DNA of 64,000 nucleotides from Anolis carolinensis (Eukaryota). Both the position numbers and the translations under genes were made by a program. The notes beneath the pieces are model-generated. The model saw nothing but the letters and a program-made list of their open reading frames with translations. It was not told where the DNA came from and made no database searches. Location of the stretch: NCBI RefSeq assembly GCF_035594765.1, contig NC_085844.1:202508107-202572106 (forward strand). The letters are read 5' to 3'. Every line of letters begins with the position of its first letter. Within the stretch, counting starts at the first letter, position 1. Positions 11,896 to 25,166 of this stretch are shown in pieces.

Positions 11896-14552
11896 GTCTA
11901 GATCTTTGCAGGTGTGGAAACTGCAGGTGTGGAGGGCATGGAAACCTGGTATCTCCATTCACGATCCCAGGAGCAGTCCCCATAGTGATCCCACCTCTGC
12001 AGAGAAGGGATGGAAGTGCCCTCTTCTCTTCCCTTCTCTCTCAAAAGCTCAATGCATCATTTTACAGGTGCCATGGAGCAAAGGAGACTTCCAGCCTCTG
12101 TAAGAAGGCCATTTCTAAACTTGTAAAGACAAAAATGGGGAGAGCAGGGTGTTGAAGGTCATACCTCCCATGGCCAATTATGAATTGGCGCAGGTGGGAA
12201 TGTGACCACCGCTTTGCCAAAAGGCAAAGTTTTGGCCCCCTATGTGGGCACCAAATGAACAGGCTTAAACTCTGCATTTTCTATTGTCTAGAGGTGACCT
12301 CAGTTTACAGCAGTTAAAGTAAGCTGAAAATAAAGGTGGAAAGTTGGGGAAAGAGAGAGAAAACAGGTCATTTTAAAAGCAGGTTGGCAGACGATTAACT
12401 AGGTCTGTTCCTGCCAAATCAGGACAAATGGAGGGTCTGTCTGTTTGGGAATACATGCTGGCATTAGGCAGGGCTGAACCAAGTGGCAGTGGATAGTGAT
12501 CTTTTTATTTCCCTTCCGCACCTATGATGAAGTTATTTTCAATGTCTGATACATCCTCTCCCCCATCCCGCTCCCTTCCCAAACAGTAAGGTGCATAAAT
12601 CATGATTGCTAGATGTCTGAACTTCTCATCTGAGGGCTTTTGAAATTTCACCACGGGAGATATGTGGCCTTAGATATGTAGCCTTAGGGCTGCAATTTGC
12701 CAACTCCTGTGATAAATAAATGCTGTTAGAACAAATGCCCACTGGGGGTGTCATATATTTCCCATATTGTCACTGGTTGGAAGACCAATAAAATATTTCC
12801 AGCATACCCCATTCCAAGCTTTTATATAAGAAACCAGCTGGCAGTGCTTGGTGCTTCACAGCTAAGAAGCTAGAAGTATAAAAAACAAAATGGAAATAAC
12901 AGTGAGATGTCACAAACGATTTTATAACTTACGCTGGAATTAAAAGGTGAGCTGGGTAAAACATATCATATAAACACTTCAAGGAAGCTCTAAGGCAAGA
13001 GCCCTACAGTTAACCCCAAGACAAATGCTAGATCAGGAAGCTGGAAATGGTGCCAAGGTGAAATGCAGTTCAGCCAAACATTTGTATACAACAAAAAACT
13101 TGTTGATGATTCTGACATAAACATAAATGTGTAGAGGGAATTCACAGGACAGAATCAAAACAGACAAAAAGATGAGAAAGCGGGACGAGCAAAACCTTAG
13201 TCAGTAAAAGCGTCTCATAATGACAGTCAGGCAAACACCTGCTAAATGAGGCATAAAGCCAAGATCCTACTGTATGGGATTCAAAGTAACATCTGCATGT
13301 GTGTATGCATAATATGAATGTGTGTGTACGTATTGAAAGCTTGCCTTGCATTATACAAAGGAGCACTACAAACATCACTACTATCACTACTACTACTAAT
13401 TTCTGCCATTGTCAAGAAAAAAGGCCTTCAGCTTTACATGTTTGGGAGAGAATAGATTTTTCTGATAACAAAACACTAAATAATGGTTTAAAAGAAGCTG
13501 ACAGAGCCTTCCTAACCAGGGTGTTAACCAGGGTACTATTAAATCAGATAAGAGAAACTGTTGTGCTTATATAAAAATATATGATGTTTGTAGTTCTGCT
13601 TATTGTTGTGTCATACAACCCGGAAAGCTCACAGCAACTCTGCCTAGCTAAAGCTTGCAAAGTACAGAAGGCATGTTTTAAGGAGAATCTGCACTAAGAG
13701 GTAATATGTCACAGAAATACCTCAAACAAATATGTGCATCAATTACAGCTTAGAAAAAATCATTTTTGGACTGTATCACCTGTTTGGCACTGATATTTCA
13801 TAATGGGCCATTCCTGGTAACTGGTGGCCCTTCCTGACAGTCCTTAGTCTAATGTTTTCTCTTTAAGAATAGTTTCACTCAATTGAAGGTGGGCTTACCA
13901 CTCGAAGAAGGGACATGGGGAAAGCATGGTGCTAGATAAAAATCTGAAGAAAACAGCCTGCTACAGCATTGTGATTCTGTCATCTTTGAGTAAATAGCAC
14001 CCAAAGTATTTTTCTGTATTAATTTTGGATGGGGGGAACTATGATAATTTATTTCCATACTTAAAGTCTTTGGGACATTTATTTCATAGGGCTGGGTCAT
14101 AAGAATATAGAAGTGAAAGGAGCCATTACTGTGATGTAACAGGACAGAAACAGACAGTAAAGCATTCTGAGATGTGGCCATTCATACTCTCCATTTCCTC
14201 TTGAATTGTGCACAACACAGTGGAACAAAACTGCGCTCTACAGTTTCTATAAAATATAATATTTGTTTTTGGTTCAATGGTCATGGTGATAACCTGAGTA
14301 ATCACCTCAGAGGCATTCTTAAATTGAGACATATATCCCTAACAGCACCATTAAAACACATTTCAGAAAAAACACCAAATAGTATAGAGCTTGATTAACA
14401 AGGAATCCAAATGCAGAGTTTTTCCTTTTTGTTCTATTTATTTCTATATATGGTTGTGAAAGTTGGACAGAGAATAAAGGTGACAAGATTCAAATATGCT
14501 CATTGGAAATTTGGTGTGATTGATACCAAAAATAAATAAATGGGGTAAATAC

Positions 14553-15085
14553 CAGGCCTGAACTCTCCATAGAAGCCCATATGATTAAACCAAGGCTGTC
14601 ATACTTTGGGCATATTGTGAGGCAACATGACTCATTAGAAAATATGATAAAATTTGCTAAAATTGAAGGCAGTGGGAAAATAATGGGACTGCCTTACTGG
14701 TGGGTTGACTCGTAGAATCGTAGAGTTGGAAGAGACCTTACGGGCCATCCAGTTCAACCCCCTGCCAAGAAGCAGGAAAATCTCATTCAAAGCACCCCCG
14801 ACAGATGGCCATCCAGCCTCTGCTTAAAAGCCTCCAAAGAAGGAACCTCCACCACACTCTGGGGCAGAGAGTTCCAGTGCCGAACAGCTCTCACAGTCAG
14901 GAAGTTCTTCCCGATGTTCAGGTGGAATCTCCTTTCCTGTAGTTTGAAGCCATTGTTCCGCGTCCTAGACTCAATCAAAGAAACAGCAGTCTATGTTTAC
15001 AAGGCTTAGCAGAGCTGTTAATCTAATAATATGGTGTTATGGCGATCTCTCATTCATAGAATCACCACAAGCTGAACTGGCAGCA
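14553..15085 (+). mobile_element. Old RTE/BovB-like LINE 3' remnant split by the CR1 insertion
   Basis: Decayed RLSYFGHIVR...LE...KIEG...W.DSIKE peptide continuing across the CR1. Confidence 0.6.
14712..14967 (-). mobile_element. CR1 LINE 3' fragment nested in an RTE remnant
   Basis: Reverse complement of the CR1 3' end seen at 21300-21564; GACTC duplicated at 14707-14711 and 14968-14972. Confidence 0.9.
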
Positions 15086-18000
15086 ATTTTAAAAAGCCAT
15101 CTGAAGTCCTTACAATAGAGGTGGCTATGAGTCTAGTGGCATACCCAATATATTGCTGTAATATTGCCTGTATCTCACTCTTCCCAGTTTTTAAATTAAA
15201 GCCTTTTTCAGTTTTACTGGTGGAGAATTCAGCCACTGAGAAATAGTGTGAATTTATGTGATTAAAATGATCATTGTTTCCTCCTCCTCATTTTAGAGTT
15301 AGGGTATACACCCAGAAGGGTGGCTCCTAATATGAGCATAGTAGAGCTCTTCCTCTCTAATCCTACATGGAGAATTGAAATTCCACGCTGAATATAAATC
15401 CTAATGCATTCTGTTCCATCCACGCTAATGGGCATGGCATAGCTTAATGACTATGAATGAAAGAATTCTATATCCATATTTGCCCATCAATATTTTAAAT
15501 AATTAAATAAATATATGCTAAAATATTATCTCTTTTTTTCTTTAAAAGACTATTTTACTACTTCATTGATATGAAATATAGAAGAAAATGTAGTCAATCT
15601 CTTATCCCTCTTTCAAATAAAGAGAAGTGTCTTACTCTGGAGCTGAGAGAGTATGATTTGCCCAAGATCCCCCAGTGGATTTCAATGCCCTAGTGGGAAT
15701 GTGAGCTCTGTTCTCCAGAGCCATAGTTTCACATGTAACCATTACACCATGCTACCTGTCTTTGAACCATTGCTTGACCAAAATAAAATGCACATTTTCT
15801 TTGGCTCAACATTCCATTGAATCCAGTTTCTCAAGAGTGTATAATCTGGGAGGCAGAGAATTTGCCCTGAAGAATACAATGTTTCACAGCCCCAGGGATC
15901 TGTCAACCCCTATCACTTGGAACATACGTCCTAAGGACCCAGAAAATCTTAAACTTCTTTCCCAAATCTGTGTGTAATGCTCATTTGCTTTTGCAAATGA
16001 CAGGATGGTGCTCTCCCTTTCCCACCTGCAGCAGCCCCTCTGACCTACACCTGCCTGCCAAAGGCTAAAGTGCCATTTGAGAGTACTTGTAAAATATGCA
16101 TTGAGATCCCTGACCTAGATGATAAACTGCTGTACTGCCGGAGGCAATGCCTCTGTGGTGAGTGAAGGTTGACTGTGGGTTCCAGTTGCAAAAATCAAAT
16201 GACTGTGTCAAAAGAATGTTTAAAAATCTCATTCAGGAGCATTCCCCATTCAACTCTAGTCCCCAGCCACCCTCCTCCCATCCCTTTGGAGAAGCTGAAC
16301 ATGGCTTGAAAAAGAAAAGAAAGAAAAAGTGAACCTAAGCGTTTTATATCTTCCCTTCAAAGCCAGATCTAATTGAGATCTAACAAGGAAGAAAATGCTT
16401 TCCTCTTGCTTTCAGAAACTAGCAGCTGGACCAGAATTGCAATTTGGAGAGCATTAAGGAAACAGCCTCACCTGAAAGGAGGAAGAAGGTTTCACACAGG
16501 AGGCTTAAATAACCTTTTTGGTTTTTATTTTTTTATGTGAATGCAGAATAGAGGTATTTGCAATTCTGATGAACAGGCCACAAGTTCCCAAGAATGTCCT
16601 AGGTCCCCTGTTCTATAGCAGAGCAAGTCTCAAAGTTGGAAGCAAGTTTCACAAAGCTTGAAAAGGTTTCTGAATTAGTAATGGCATAATTGTCCAAAAC
16701 AATAAGTATGAAGGAAGCCACATTCATTTCCCCGAGGGCTTGAGGAATAAAATATTGGAGATGCTCAGAAATGAGCATCTCTCTTAACCGAGCTATCATG
16801 AGAACAATATCTTAGAGATGCAGGGATTATGGGAAGAATAGAGGTCCAGAGGAACAGAAATGTACAGTTCATTCCTGGAGTTAAACATGGTCACAACTTT
16901 CAGTTCACCCATGCTGTAGAATTATAGCAGTTTAATATTACTTTAATTGCCATGGTACAATTCTATGGAATCATGTGATTTGTAGTTTGTTGTGACACCA
17001 GAATCCTCTATTAGAGAAGGGTAATACCTAACAGAACTAGAAATCCTAGAAGTTTGAAGCATTAAGCCATGACAGTTAATGTGATGCCAAACTGCTAGAA
17101 TTCTGTAATGTGGGTACAACCTTTATTGGTAACAGCATTTAGAGCCTTGGTAAAGCATGAGATGTGGGCCGAGGCATTGTTGATCTGTTTGTTGGCCAAT
17201 TAACCCTCATCTAGTTACAGGGGGACATCATGGTATGGTTCCACCTGGGTGATTTTCAGCCTCCCCTCACTCTCCACTGACGAGGAAATAGCTTTGCAAA
17301 CAGAAGATGGATGTGAGGGAAGACAGGTGCCTTCTTTCAATTTGACAAAGCTTGATAGTATGTCATCCTGCTCCAAGATCTGCTATGATCCTAAATCCCC
17401 ATCACCCTCCCCTCCTCATGTTGAACCAATGATACTGCTAGGCACACTTTTCAAAAGATCACAAATGGAACAAAGCTAAAACAATGTAATGTACATGTGG
17501 TCTTTTCATCCCTTCTCCCTGTTGTAAGATGCGGCCCTACAAGGGCTAAAAAAATAGTACAATAACTGACTCAGAAAATGGTGTCAGGAGGAACTCTGGT
17601 TTCCTCGACTATGGCCTGCTTTTCCAGGAGGACGGCCTACTGGCAAGGGATGGAGTGCATCCCACACAAGTAGGAAAACACCTTTTTGCTCACAGACTTG
17701 CAAACATCATGAGGCACACTTTAAACTAGGTCTGCCAGGGGAGGGGGACAATAGCCTTGCGAAGAGTATTTTACCCACAACCACAGGGAGTCGGCATAAG
17801 GCTAAATGGAGGGTTGCACAAATACAACAAGGACCAATTACCAAGAGCCCAACAGTCCCAAATGAACAAACACAGGCGAAGGTCCCAGGGGCTTACATGT
17901 CTTTACACTAATGCACAGAGCATGGGAAATAAACAAGACGAACTCCGGCTTTTAGCACAACACCAGTTACGATGCCATAGGCATCACTGAAACCTGGTGG

Positions 18001-20367
18001 GATGACTCCCATCACTGGAATGTAGCCATTGAAGGCTATAACCTCTTTCACAGAAACAGAACAAAGGGGAGAGGAGGGGGAGTAGCCATATATGTCAAAA
18101 ACATTTACGTTGCAGAAGAAATGGAACCGGGACTCAAAAAGATCTCATTGGTGGCGACTACTACAGACCTTTGAGCCAGGATGAAGAACTCAATGAAGCC
18201 TTCTGTCAGCAGTTGACCAAACAGGCACAAAGAAGAGATATAGTAGACATGGGCGATTTCAACTATTCCGATATCTGCTGTAAAACAAACTCGTCCAAGA
18301 GTACAAAGTCCAACAAATTCCTCACTTGCCTTGGAGAACATTTTATGGTCCAGAAGGTAGAAGAGGCAACGAGGGGATCCTCTACTCTTGATCTCATCCT
18401 AACAAACGCGGAGGACCTGATCAATGCAGTTGAAGTGGTTGGATCCTTAGGGGCAAGCAACAATGTGCTCCTGCAGTTTGCGATACAAAGAAAGGCCAAA
18501 ACTAAGACAAGTCAAAACATTCTGGACTTTGGGAGAGCTGACTTCCAAAAAATGAAGGAAATACTGAGTGGCATTCAGTGGATGCCAATACTAAAAGACA
18601 AGGGAGTTCAGGATGGATGGGAGTTTTTCAAAAGTGAAATACTCAAGGTGCAAATGCAAACAGTGCCAACAAAGAATAAAAATAAGACAAGTGCGAAGAA
18701 GCCAGAATGGATGTCCAAAGAACTTCTAACTGGGCTAATATTCAAAGGAGACATGCACAAGAAGTGGAAAAAGGGAGAAATCACCAAAGGAGAATTCAAA
18801 CAAATATCCAATTCCTGTAGGGAAAAGGTTCACAAGGCTAAAGCGGAAAACGAGCTCAGGCTTGCCAGAGACATTAAAAATAATAAAAAGGGCTTCTTTG
18901 CTTATGCCGGTAAGAAAAGGAAGAACAAGGAGGCGATAGGGCCTCTGCGAGGAGAAGACGGGGTTATGCTGACAGGGGATAGGGGAATGCAGAACTACTT
19001 AATGTCTTTTTAGCCTCAGTCTTCTCACAAAAAGAAAGCAGTCCTCAACCTCAGCAACATGGAGTGGACGAAGGATTGGGGGAAATCCAACCCCAAACAG
19101 GGACAGAAATTGTCCAGGAATACCTGGCTGCTCTAAATGAATTCAAGTCTCCAGGGCCGGATCAACTACACCTAAGAGTATTGAAGGAACTAGTGGAAGT
19201 TATTTTGGAACCACTGGCAATCATCTTTGAGAGTTCTTGGAGAACAGGAGGAGTCCCAGCAGATTGGAGGAGGACCAATGTGGTCCCTATCTTCAAGAAG
19301 GGAAAAAAAGTACGACCCAAACAATTACCATCCGGTCAGTATCACGTTGATACCAGGCAAGATTCTGGAAAAGATCGTGAAGGAAGTGGTCTGCAAACAC
19401 TTAGAAACAAATGCGGCCATTGTTAATAGTAAACATGGATTTATCAAAAACAAATCATGCCAGACCAAACTGATCTCTTTTTTCGATAGAGTTACAAGCT
19501 GGGTAGATGCAGGGAATGCTGTGGATGTAGCGTACCTGGATTTCAGTAAGGCCTTTGACAAGGGCCCCCATGACCTTCTGGCAAACAAGTTAGTCAAATG
19601 TGGGCTAGGCAAAACTACGGTTAGGTGGATCTGTAATTGGTTAAGTGAATGAACCCAAAGGGTGCTCACCAATGTGTCTTCTTCATCCTGGAAAGAAGTC
19701 ACGAGTGGAGTGCCACGGGATTCCGTCTTGGGCCCAGTCCTGTTCAACATCTTTATTAATGACTTAGATGAAGGGTTAGAAAGCATGATCATCAAGTCTG
19801 CAGACGACACCAAATTGGGAGGGATAGCTAATACTCCAGAAGACAGGAGCAGAATTCAAAACAATCTTAACAGATTAGAGAGATGGGCCGAAACTAACAA
19901 AATGGAGTTCAACAGAGACAAATGCAAGATACTCCACTTAGGCAGAAAAAATGAAATGCAAAGATACAGAATGGGGGATGATGTCTGGCTCGACAGCAGT
20001 ACGTGTGAAAAAGATCTTGGAGTCCTCGTGGACAACAAATTAAATGTGAGCCTACAATGTGATGCGGCGGTAAAAAAAGCCAACGGGATTTTGGCCTGCA
20101 TAAATAGAAGTATAGTGTCTAGATCCAGGGAAGTCATGCTACCTCTCTATTCTGCCTTGGTCAGACCACACCTGGAATACTGTGTCCAATTCTGGGCACC
20201 GCAATTGAAGGGAGATGTTGACAAGCTGGAAAATGTCCAGAGGATGGCGACTAAAACGATTAAGTGTCTGGAGAACAAGCCCTATGAAGAGTGGCTTAAG
20301 GAGCTGGGCATGTTTAGCCTGCAGAAGAGAAGGCTGAGAGGAGACAGGATAGCCATGTATAAATATG

Positions 20368-21246
20368 TGTCATATCCCAGCCGCCTTTGGGTTCTGTACC
20401 TGGTTCAGAAATGAACTTTGACCAGGATGAAGCTTACTCTGACTTTCCCCCTAGTTCTCCTCCGAGTTCCTTCCAATTACAGACCCCAGCTGTGGATAGC
20501 TCCGAGGCTTCCTTAATTGGGAGAGATACTGATAACATTACTCCCGTGGAAGAACCAGATGTTCCAAGCTCCCCAGGAAATGTATCCTTTAACAGAAGAC
20601 AGTTTTTTGCAGCAACAGAGATCCCAGACACAGCAGCTTTGCAGGAGTCAACGATTGGCATCTAGAGGGGATACTGGATAGCAGATTGCTTTGGGAACCT
20701 TTGGAGAGTTGGGTTCCCTTCGCTGTTATTAGATCTAACTTCTATAAAAGTGTCTTGCACTGTGAACTACTTGTGGTGTCAACGTAGCGACTTCACCGTT
20801 TCCAGTTCCCTGATTTCACCAAGCCGAGTCTCTTGTTTCCTGGCGGCCAAGCTGAGCTGCGAGTCCCGTTTTAATCCGGAGTGAATTCACGTCCTTTCCT
20901 TGTTCCTGAATCCAGATTGCTTTTAGCTTCGTCTTTTGCCTGCCTTGAAATCCAAGACTTTCTAGTGACTTTGGACTTTGTTATTTACTCCTGCTTCCTT
21001 GTTGTTTTCCCTGCTCAAGAACATTTCAACAGTTTTGAGCATGTTTCGGTTTCTGGACTTTGGACAATAATATTGGACATATCTCTTCAACGCTTTGGAC
21101 TAATTCATACCATTCCTTAAAGGACTATTGCTCACTCATCCTTTCCACTTATTCTTTCCTGAATTTATTATTGTTTTAATAAAGATATTATATGATTATT
21201 GGTCTCTGTTTGGTTTCCAGTGTTCAAGCTGCCTTGGGGTGCAACA
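20368..21246 (+). mobile_element. Solo LTR (879 bp) inserted into the CR1 ORF2
   Basis: TGT...ACA termini; perfect 5-bp TSD ATATG (20363-20367 / 21247-21251); removing it restores CR1 ...MYKYVRGSHREEG; TATAAAA at 20743-20749; AATAAA at 21178-21183. Confidence 0.92.
20369..20681 (+). pseudogene. Frameshifted homologue (~103 aa) of the LTR-U3 reading frame, ending LCRSQRLASRGDTG*
   Basis: Open from LTR nt 2. Removing one T from the T6 run at 20603-20608 gives a gap-free 26-aa alignment with the C-terminus of the other LTR peptide. Confidence 0.55.
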
Positions 21247-22682
21247 ATATGTGAGGGGAAGTCATAGGGAGGAGGGAGCAAGCTTGTTTTCTGCTGCCCT
21301 GGAGACTAGGACGTGGAACAATGGCTTCAAACTACAGGAAAGGAGATTCCACCTGAACATTAGGAGGAACTTCCTCATTGTGAGAGTTGTTCGGCAGTGG
21401 AACTCTCTGCCCCAGAGTGTGGAGGAGGCTCCTTCTTTGGAGGCTTTTAAGCAGAAGCTGGATGGCCATCTGTCAGGTGTGCTTTGAGTGTGATTTTCCT
21501 GCTTCTTGGCAGGGGGTTGGACTGGATGGCCCGTAAGGTCTCTTCCAACTCTATGATTCTATGAATTAAAATTACAGGAGCTCTGGCCAAGATCCAATCT
21601 GGCAACCTTTCACTAGTTAGACTTACAGATAACCAACCAAACCTCAGACCTTACACAATTCTTAGCTGCCTAACTATGAAATGCTCACCATGCTCAATGA
21701 TTCAAGTGTTCTCCAGAATTTGTGCACAGGTAGTTGGATAGGTGTTAAATTCACTCAGCAGAGGCTACCCAGACCATCCCACTTACCACCTTATCACATT
21801 GAAAAATGTCCCAGTTGTAGGACACTTCAGCCTCTATTCAAACATGGAGAGGTACTGAGCTCATCACATGAGTTAAACTACTTCTGGCTGTCATACATAG
21901 CCCTCCATGGTTGAAAAGAGGCAGAAGTCTTCTGAAAAGAGGGAACTCATCACATTGATAAATTTCCACCTTGTAGAACACTTCAGCCTCTTTTCTAGAA
22001 TGGAGAGGCATGGAGCTCATCACATGTTCCAGGGCTGAAAAAAAGGCTGAAATGTTCTGAAAGGAGGGAACTTTGAACATGGGCCAGCAATTGTGATTAG
22101 AGCTCCAATCCTATCAAACTTTACTTACATTTTTACTACAGAAAAACAGGTGTGATGGGAACCATCAAAGTTTCCTGTTCTATTTCATTTCCCAACCATC
22201 ATTAGTCTCTTGTATCCGATGAGGTTTGATGCAGATCAGTAGGATCCCATGGAAAGCAATGGTTTTAACCTGGATCTCTGTCTCTTGTATCCTCTGGGGT
22301 TTGGGGGAGAATGCTTTTTTCCCATGAGAAGATGAGATTTTAAACTGATATCAGTCTCCTTTAATGTAAAGGGCTTTGGGCAGGGCAAGAGGTCTCTTGG
22401 TTTGTGGATATTATTGTTTCTCCTGATTAAAAACAAAAAAGTAATATTGACCTTTTGATGAATGTATTGCCAGCTCTTAAAATATGATGTGTGAGAGTGT
22501 GATGGGGAAGCAGAACATGAAACAGGACTGCTGACGACGTAAGAGGGGTGATTTTCTACCTTAAAGGGACAGTCACCTATGCTTTCCCATCTCAATGTGG
22601 TGAGGTCATAACAAGAGTGTACTCAGCAAAACAATGTTTGAATGTGTTCTAAACCCTTTTTTGTCCTGATTTTTTGTCCTGA

Positions 22683-22753
22683 TTTTCTTGCATGGCAGGG
22701 GGTTGGACTAGATGGCTATGTGGTCTCTTCCAACTCTATTATTTTATGATTCT
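22683..22753 (+). mobile_element. Very short CR1 3' tail
   Basis: ggcagggggttggactagatggc...tcttccaactctat matches the CR1 terminus. Confidence 0.7.
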
Positions 22754-24984
22754 TGGATGTCCCTTCTTATCTTCCTTAAAGGTATTTATTTAATTTATGT
22801 TGCCTTTTCCCAATAAAGGCCCCAAGGCTGCCTAGAACACAAGAAGGGAAAACCTATCAGCATAAAAGATCCATTGTCACACTTTAAAGTGCAGTGCATA
22901 TTCTTGGTAGGTGGGAGGGAGATACTCTTCATTATCTTGTGATTCCATCTCCCTTTGAGACTATTGAAAAGATTGCTCCCAGGCCAGAAACATTTCTGGT
23001 CCCTCACACATGCTCCTCATATTGTAAGCAGGTAGATTTGATACAGAGGTGACCTCCAGCCAACAATCCTCAGATGCCTCACCAAATTCTTCATCCTAAC
23101 TGCTCATCGCCAGAGAACTCATTTATGGCTTCCTCATTCTGATTTTTCTCTGCATGTAGACTCCTTCCTCAGCTTTCAGCAGTAACTGCAGCTGTTCAAA
23201 GGTTTGTTTGTGCTGAACACAGTGAAAGGTGACTGTGTTCTCTGCTGACCACTCAGAAACTTTGACTCTACCAGTCCAGGTTGGGCATCCAGAAGAGCCA
23301 AAGCAGAATTTCCTGTTGGCTTTTCCTCAGATTATTACTTTAAGAGAGACTGCTCTGGGATGAGATTATGGGCTTTACAATAGTTGGCAGACAAAGTTTA
23401 TGCAAATATGCACAGCTGAATAGGAAACATATAACACAATACAGATTTCATTGAGACAGACACCTATCTGATATTTCTGAATCACCTGGATGACTTTCTT
23501 GGAACCTGACCTTGGTTGCAACTCTAAGGAGGCTTCGCTTCCCAAAGGGGATTCCCTCTCAGAATCAGGACCTGTTTAGAAGCCAGAAATGACAAAAATA
23601 GGCTGCTCAGGATCTGACAGCTTCCCAGCTCCCAGGTAATCGAAGTGAACTTTTTTACTTCCTCTTTACACATCATGATGCAAAAAGTAAATTGCAATGG
23701 CATAGAAAGCAGTTATTATATATGAGGAGAATTTGGCCTCTGAAATCAGAAGCCAAATGGGGACAACTGCAGAATTTCTGTAGATTGTACCCACAAATAT
23801 TAACTGAATCCCAAAGTTCAATATCCCTTTTTAGAAGGACCTTTGATTTTGGACTTGGAGAGCCTTGGGAGACTAAAGGCTCCATAAGGCTCACTTGTCC
23901 TATCTGCTTTAGGTTTCATGTTGAAATTATTTTAAATCCAAACTTCAAAAGAGCAATGATTTATTTTCACTTTTGTATTTAAATTTTATTGTGGTAACTT
24001 TTATTTTATATTGTCCCCATCCCCCAAATCTTTTGCTATTTACTGTTTTATTCTGTTAATTGATTGTAGGTTGTTTTAATAATTCCTGACTTTTGTAAGC
24101 TGCTTTAAGAATGTTATCAAATTGAGAGGATAGAAGCTTGTGAAATAAATAATCCCATGCAAGCCTCATTGACCTCAACGGGTATATACAAAAGTAATTA
24201 AAACTTTCCTCCATCTACAAATTAAAATCAATTAATGCCTACAGCTCTAAAAATACCTTTGGCCAATGAAAACATTGATTTATTTTGTTTTTAAATCCAG
24301 ATGGTATAAGACCTACATTTAGCTTTATTACCATTGAAACAGAAACATTTTGCAGTCACTCAAGGAATTCATATTTTTAAAAAGGTTTCTCATATGTAAT
24401 TACACAAATACAGTGTCAGATAATATATAGAGTTAACCAAAATAGTAATTTTTTCACAAGAAACTACAAAAACAATGTGATATCTCAACATTAACCAACT
24501 CTGTTTGGAATGCAGTCATGGAGCACAATTTTCAAGAGCAAGAAGGATGAAATGGTACCCATAAAAATCCAGGAACCAAATGTAAAAATAATAGCCCAGT
24601 TCATTAATGCAATGACAAGCTAATGGGGATGTCTGTCTTAATTATCAGATGGAGTCATGGATTTCATTTTAATGTAATTGTTGTTTGAGTTCAGGCATGC
24701 CTCCTTAGTTATAGACATTTTGCTTCAGGGTGACTTAAGGAACAACAGAAACTGGATTCCATCACTGAAATTAATTATAAGGGTAAAATGCATTTAGTTG
24801 ACAGACTTCTGTAATATTTCAATATCTGTTGATTCATTTGCAAAAATTCTATGGTAAGGAAGGGAGCTTTTCAGTTTTAAGATGTAACAATTGTGAATGT
24901 TTTCAGTTTCCATACATGATCACACAAAGGGAGAAGCATATGTACAGAAGAACACTGTGCCTATTCAAAGTGGTTTTCTATTGT

Positions 24985-25166
24985 GTGATTTCAGATCATT
25001 TCTGACTTATGACAAACTTAAGCAAATCTGTCATGGATTTTTTTATTTGTGCAAAAGTCATTGGAGGTTCAAAAAATGTGACTTGCCCAAAGTCACATAT
25101 TGGATTTCTGTGGATGAGTGGGGATTTGAATCTTCCAGAAATTTAGACCATTATATAATGGTGGCT
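24985..25166 (-). mobile_element. Degenerate SINE (tRNA/MIR-like head)
   Basis: gtgacttgcccaaagtcac...ggggatttgaa motif; a related remnant lies at ~15640-15755. Confidence 0.5.

Larger units (their letters stand above)
17471..21564 (+). mobile_element. CR1 LINE, 5'-truncated and degenerate: ORF1 esterase C-terminus, ORF2 APE endonuclease and reverse transcriptase; interrupted by the solo LTR
   Basis: ORF1 end ...LLARDGVHPTQVGKHLFAHRLAN; ORF2 motifs CLYTNAQSMGNKQDEL, GDFN, LDLILTN, YLDFSKAFD, SVLGPVLFNIFINDL, ADDTKL; 3' tail tcttccaactctatgattctatga; several frameshifts and stops. Confidence 0.95.

Noticed and set aside
19662-21487. ORFs 19662-20414 and 21128-21487 as genes
   Set aside because: They are chimeras of CR1 ORF2 and LTR sequence across the insertion junctions.
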